From Eledone cirrhosa (lineage: Eukaryota): 64,000 nucleotides of DNA. The notes under the pieces were generated by a model that saw only the letters and a list, made by a program, of their open reading frames with translations, was not told the DNA's origin and did no database searches. Within the stretch, counting starts at the first letter, position 1. Each line of letters starts with the position of its first letter. The position numbers and the translations under genes were made by a program. Shown one piece after another: positions 56,854-64,000 of the stretch. The DNA lies in contig OZ024746.1 of NCBI GenBank assembly GCA_964016885.1, positions 84,506,001-84,570,000 on the forward strand. Direction: 5' to 3'.

Positions 56854-57364
56854 ATACACATATGCACGCACATATGTAGACACACACACACACACATACA
56901 CACATATACACACACGCACAGACACGCACAAACACACACACACACACAAACACACACACGCACAGACGCACACACATGCACGCACATATACGCACACACA
57001 CATAAACACACACATCAAACATCTGAAAGTGTGGCCTAAGATAAAATAAAAGACAAGGAATAACAAAACAAGCACCACACATAGAAATAAAAAATTAAAG
57101 CAAAAAAAAAAACCGATATTATCCAATGAGTGAACGACAATTATATGCAAAATACAGCAGCGTCTTGAAGTGACAATTCCACTCACATAATCAACAGTTG
57201 TAGAAAATAGTGATGTTTATGGATGTCACTTAGACACGATTATAAAATATTGTTGATTCTTGCTTATTTGTTTGGAAACTACTTAATAACAGTTCAATGC
57301 ATCTAAAACATATGGTTTAGACAAGAGAGAGAGAGAGAGAGAGAGTGAGAGAGAGAGAGAGAGA

Positions 57365-57415
<51 letters not shown>

Positions 57416-57496
57416 CTATGCCACCCCACACAGACAGAGAAAACATTAACAAGAAGATATCCAAATCTCTCTATCTGTCTATGTAATGTGTGTGTA

Positions 57497-57531
<35 letters not shown>

Positions 57532-57639
57532 TATATAGACACACACACACACATATATATACATATATATATGTGAATACATAAAAGAGGGAACAAATCA
57601 ACGTATAATGTATATATGTTCTTCCATGAATACGTAAGC

Positions 57640-57670
<31 letters not shown>

Positions 57671-57697
57671 TGTATGTATGTATGTATGTATATATAT

Positions 57698-57875
57698 ATA
57701 GGAACAAGTAAGACCCCGACGGCTGAGCTGAAGCCGTTTCGACAGCCGTCGAAACGGCTTGAGCTCAGCCGTCGGGGTCTTACTTGTTCCTATTACCCAC
57801 TCTACTACCCTAAGTATTGAGTACTTTGGTGCGTTATGGTCCACCTGGTTCCTTACCACATTTCCTTCGTTATAT
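57698..57875 (+). mobile_element. Second family H asymmetric palindromic element
   Basis: 46-bp arms 57698-57743 and 57748-57793, then an extension matching the reverse complement of 42785-42863. Flanked by TA repeats. Confidence 0.8.
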
Positions 57876-57964
57876 ATAGATTCAAAGTAAAGAGAATCAA
57901 GGTTTATAAATTAAATACATCTTTAATATCTACAATCGTCTTTAAATCATCCTAAAATAAAGAA

Positions 57965-58026
<62 letters not shown>

Positions 58027-58254
58027 AGACACACACACACACTCACACACACAGATTCTTAGAAAATGTAGAAAATCTCTAACGCAGAAAATAACATGCA
58101 CTACAGTCGATTGCTATAAATGATAGCCTAGAACGTACTCCATATAGACGGGAAAGATGGCTAGCAGCTACAAAGAATCTAAGTCTGTACCTCTCAAATA
58201 CGTGTGGCGTAGACAGACGCAAGAATGAGTACTTAATACTGAAGTAGAGTTTAA

Positions 58255-58652
58255 TAATTGTTTCTACTGTTGGCACAAGGCCAGCAATTTACCCAGTGCA
58301 TTACTGGTACTTTATTTTATCGACCCCGTAAGGATGAAAGGCAAAGTTAACCTCGACAGGATTTGAACTTAGACCGTAATGGGACGTAACTATGCTGGAA
58401 CGCATGGCGTCCGACCCTCTACCGATTCTGCCAATTCAATGATTTCTACTTTAGGCACAAAGCCACCAATTTGGGGTGTGGGTGGGGAAAAATCGATTAA
58501 ATCGACCTCAGTGCGTTACTGGTACTTTATTTTCTCAACCTCGTAAGGATGAAAGGCAAAGCTAACCTCGGCGGGATTTGAACTCAGAAAGTAAAGGGCC
58601 ATAACTCTATTCTGCAAAGCATGGTGTCTGACGCTCTACCAATACTGCCAAT
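58255..58652 (-). mobile_element. Two tandem SINE copies (58255-58436 and 58441-58652)
   Basis: Reverse complement of the short and long subfamily consensus. Confidence 0.85.
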
Positions 58653-59203
58653 CTTGTGGCTCAGAGATGAGTTTTGTTATTCTGAACCTTCACCTGTGTT
58701 CTACAAAGATCATCAGACAAGACTGAAGGTTTAGTGGATGAACAGTATAAATAGGGAAAGAGCCGCGGGTGGGGGAGGTGTATTTAGGGAGGGTGGGTGG
58801 CATTCAGGGTAGATGTGGTCAGTATTAGAATGGATATGAGGAGGAGTGAAAGAAAAGAGAATGATAAAGAAAAAGTTACGTAGGCGGCTGGAAGGGGAGA
58901 ACAAACAAAGAGAATACAGAGGTGAAAGAAAAGGTGACAAAGTGAGGAGGAAGAAAAAAGAAAAAGGAAGACGAAGGAAAGAGAAAGAAAGAAGGGGAAT
59001 TGGTGGAGAAAATCTAGCGTAAAGATTTGAGGGAATTCGATCTTGTTGATGATGATGTCAGTGCCGTCCTAATGTTGTTAATGTTGTTATTCTTGTTACT
59101 GCTTGGCTAGTCCTAATCAAGTAGGCAGCGAAAAATAATTGGGATAAACACTGCTGATGTCTTTCATTATTTCATCGCAATAAGAAGCCATTATTACGAT
59201 AAG

Positions 59204-59556
59204 GCCGGTGGATTGGCAGTATCGGTAGAGGATCAGACGTCATGTTTTCCAGCATAGTTACGTCCCTTTAAGATCTGAGTTTAAATCCCGCCGAGGTTGA
59301 CTTTGCCTTTCATCCTTACGGGGTCGATAAAATAAAGTACCAGTAATGCACTGGGAAATTGCTGGCCTTGTGCCTAAAGTAGAAACAATTATTACGATAA
59401 GAAACCATTATTTCATCGCATAGAGTTACGGCCCTTGCCATTCTGAGTTCAAATCCCGCCGAGGTTAACTTTGCCTTTCATCCTTACGGGGTCGATAAAG
59501 TAAAGTACCAGTAATGCACTGGGTAATTGCTGGCTTTGTGCCAAAAGTAGAAACAA
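59204..59556 (+). mobile_element. Two SINE copies (59204-59387 full, about 59417-59556 truncated)
   Basis: TSDs attattacgataag (59190-59203 / 59388-59401) and attatttcatc (59406-59416 / 59557-59567). Confidence 0.87.
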
Positions 59557-60908
59557 TTATTTCATCTCAACTAAAAGCATAATTAGGCAGCTGTGTCCAG
59601 TGTCTCCACCTCAAAATAACACCCATTGTGGTCTCTCACGCACACAAAGAAATATATATACTATTCAGACCTAGAAGACCCTTGTTTGTAGATGACTATA
59701 AGAAAACATACGAGTTTGATTTTAGCAGGTTGAAGAAATTTCCACAGTTACTTAATAGAAGCACGCAGAGTTAAACGTCTACCGGAGAGGTTCAACAAAA
59801 CACCAACTGTGGTTTTGAACTCATAATGTTTTATATGATAGTCAAATAATTTGTCAAAATATGGTTTTATAAATTCTTTTTTGGAAGTAAGTACATACAC
59901 AAATAAATACAGACTACATTTATATAAATATTTCCATACAAGAGTTATTGCTATTTATACCACAATATACTTTACTTCTCGTGTTTAGCACTCATTTGGA
60001 CCCTATAAGTTATGTAATCTGCGGTTTTCAATGTATTACGGAGCGTCAACATATAAATATGTGAAGAAATGCTTAGATATAATGGTACGAGGGAAATAAA
60101 CATACATTCAATAGCTTGTTTTCCCTTTATATTGATCCATGTTTGTGATGGAATTGTGTATATAAAACTGTATTCACACACATCGTCTCCATTAACAGGC
60201 GATAGACATACAGTATAATATTATCAGCTGTATACTAATATTATTATAGCCCATCTCTAAATTTATTTACTAGAGATTGATTCTGAAGGAAGAGTACTTT
60301 CACATAAAAAGGTATTTGTATTTTCTCGAATTTGCGATTAATCATTGTAGATATCAACAATTTATAAAAATTGTGGCAAGATCCGGGGTGTATATAAACT
60401 AGTATCGTTCTCATATCACTCGGTGATGAAGGCAAAATATGTATATATAACTTCCGCAAGAAACATGGATCCATGTCCATGTAAAAGATACAGATATTAT
60501 GTAAGTATATTTTTTATTATATTTACCTATTTAACTATGGTCTGGTACCATGTAACCTAGTACAACCTGCTTCATGGTCGAGTAGTCGGCGACTAAACCG
60601 GTTCACCCACCAGACCAGGATCTGCTGAGGAGTGTAAGGGGAACCCAAACAGTACAAAAAACAAGGGCTGTTAAAAAGGCAGATGAACTATGGGTTAAAC
60701 AGCCTCACCAACCTGCAATTGGCCAAGCGTGGTGAGTACAGCTATACCCCAGACATGACCAAAACCAAACAGAAAGCGGTGGAGGTCAACCAAGGAAGGA
60801 GTTTCTCAGACTGGAGTGAGAAGACCCTGGATTGGATTAGATCTATTTATCTATTTGTCTATTTATCCATACACGCGCACACACACACACACACACACAC
60901 ACATACAT

Positions 60909-60969
<61 letters not shown>

Positions 60970-61066
60970 TACACACACACACACATACATAATCATACGG
61001 GCACACGCACGCACACACACATGGACTCCCCCCACACACATACACACACAGATACATACATATGTA

Positions 61067-61124
<58 letters not shown>

Positions 61125-61300
61125 CGTGTTTTGCAACTGGTCACTTTGTGGCTCAAAGAAAAATTAATAAATTAAACAATCAGAGCTATATATCATAAAA
61201 CATGTCTATAGACAGTCTGTGACCTCTTCAATGACTGAAGAACAAGATGGCGTAGGACAGAACAAAGGAGAGGCACAAAAAACAAAGAAAAGAATCCCCA

Positions 61301-61343
61301 GTCACTGAAGAGGTCACATAATGTGTGACGAAAGAACTTTGAC
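61301..61343 (+). ncRNA. Minimal type-I hammerhead ribozyme, intact core (family I; element extends to about 61552)
   Basis: GTCA-CTGAAGA-g-GTCACA-taatg-TGTGAC-GAAA-G-aa-C-TT^TGAC. Confidence 0.78.
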
Positions 61344-61602
61344 AATATATAAACAACCATCTGGTTGTGGAACCAACCAACCAACCGGAAATTTATAAAT
61401 TCCTAAATTTATAAATTTATTATAATAAATTGAAGTGAAAGCAACTGGTGCGTGTGTTTCTTATTGGCAACATGACCCTCCCAAAGTATAACAATATCGG
61501 TTTCAACACACGTTTTCAGATAAAGAATCTTGCTAAACAAATTCAGAAACGAAATATAAATATATATTTATATATATATATATATATATATTTGTATATA
61601 TC

Positions 61603-61661
<59 letters not shown>

Positions 61662-61673
61662 ATGTACATACAC

Positions 61674-61707
<34 letters not shown>

Positions 61708-61794
61708 ATGTACATACACATATATACATATATATATATGTACATATGTATAAATACACACACACACATTTATATATATATATTTATATATATG

Positions 61795-61874
<80 letters not shown>

Positions 61875-62141
61875 AATATATATATAGATAAGTATACATA
61901 TGTATATAACTTTGCACATATTTTTTCTTGAGAATATTGTATGTGTATGACTGTATGACTGTATGACTGTATGACTGTATGCTGGTATGTGGCTGCGTGT
62001 GGGTCTGTGAGAACGAAAACGCCTAATTTCACGCCTCGGTAACATTAATTAGCTAGTAGTCATTTGATTGACTTGCTCCGGTTATTTTCGTTGGCAAATG
62101 TATATATAGGCACCCACCCTAGACACTCAGAAGTATACACG

Positions 62142-62265
<124 letters not shown>

Positions 62266-62309
62266 ATATTGTATATATACATACGGGGGAGGCTGTCTGT
62301 TTGTCTGTG

Positions 62310-62435
<126 letters not shown>

Positions 62436-62442
62436 GTGTGTG

Positions 62443-62477
<35 letters not shown>

Positions 62478-62478
62478 G

Positions 62479-62636
<158 letters not shown>

Positions 62637-62774
62637 TTTATTTATTGCATGTGTATAAAATCAGGTATTTATATGGTTTCCTGTTTTCATACAATCATAT
62701 ACACAAACACATGTTTATAATGTATTTTTTATAGAAGTATGGATATTATGCACGCACGCTCACACACATATCCA

Positions 62775-62808
<34 letters not shown>

Positions 62809-63648
62809 CAAGTATAACAATATATATATATATATTTTCATATATATATATATATATATTAGTAATAGTAAATACACAATCACATACAGACACACATGCA
62901 CATATATCTGAATATATACTTACGTATATATGTATATATGTGTTAACATGTGTGTGTATACGTGTGCGTATGTGTGTGTGTGTGTGTGCGTGCTTGTATG
63001 TATATGTGTGTGCTACATAATCTTAGTCAATGCATGAAATTTCTGAATGTCTCGTTATTTAATCAATGGATATATATGTATATATATATGCACACATTCA
63101 TACATACATGTATATATATATACACACATATGTATATATGCACGTACTCTACTAAAATATATACATATATATATATATATAAATATATATGTATGTTTGT
63201 ATATGTGTGTGTGTGTGTCTGAGAAAACAGATCTATTTAGGAGCGTAAAAAAAAACGTCAACACTCACCACCATCACAACAACAACAACAACAACAACAA
63301 TAACAACAACAACAACAACTGCAACGACGACGACGACGACGACGACGACAAGAACAAAAATAAGATCAACGATAAAATCAAGGACTTAATGAAAACCTTA
63401 CTAATATATATAATGAACAACTCTCAATAGTAAATGAACGCATGAAAGGCATGGAAACGAAGCAAGGGAAGCTATGGGAGAACCTGATGGTAGCAGTGTC
63501 GGGGAAGCTATGGGAGAGAACCTCTTGGTAACAGTGTCACTATTTGCTTAAGGTCGTGTCAGCTGTGTGATGGGTGACAATTAATTGATGTCAACTTTTT
63601 TTTTTGCCGTAAATAATATTTGCAATGGAATTATTTTATATATATGTA

Positions 63649-63714
<66 letters not shown>

Positions 63715-63838
63715 TATGCATATCAAATTGTACAAACACATACATACATACACACGCACACACACGTGTGTGCGTGTGCGCGTGTGTGTGTATGTGTGTG
63801 TTTGCATTTGTATTTACAAACATGAATTTACAAACGTG

Positions 63839-63906
<68 letters not shown>

Positions 63907-64000
63907 AGAAAAACCACAGAGCCTCCATCTCAACTCTACTTTTGAAAAGCAGAAGAACTGCGAAACCGGTAAAGGAACCAAATAAATATATATATTTAAA

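Overview
Eukaryotic, AT-rich and extremely microsatellite-rich genomic DNA. The repeat landscape looks like a coleoid cephalopod (Octopus-like); this is an inference. Positions 1-20752 hold the last six coding exons of tyrosyl-DNA phosphodiesterase 1 (TDP1, + strand), with consistent GT-AG phases, an intact second HKN motif and a stop at 20750-20752. I recognise no other host gene. The rest is a tRNA-derived SINE family (at least 16 copies, several with clear TSDs), RTE and L1/Tx1-like LINE fragments, Tc1/mariner derivatives, a 3-kb 22-bp minisatellite, and a 200-N gap flanked by a probable false duplication. The main finding is a dense set of hammerhead-ribozyme (HHR) motifs from about nine sequence-unrelated short non-coding element families. 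Most lie in palindromes or inverted repeats, often inside (TA)n tracts, which is the signature of Penelope-like elements/retrozymes. Two have fully intact type-I cores (11511-11549, 61301-61343). One of these lies in the sense strand of a TDP1 intron, and a perfect 123-bp inverted repeat begins 1 nt after its predicted cleavage site. Nearly all ORFs in the supplied track are microsatellite artefacts. Repeat boundaries are read by eye and approximate.
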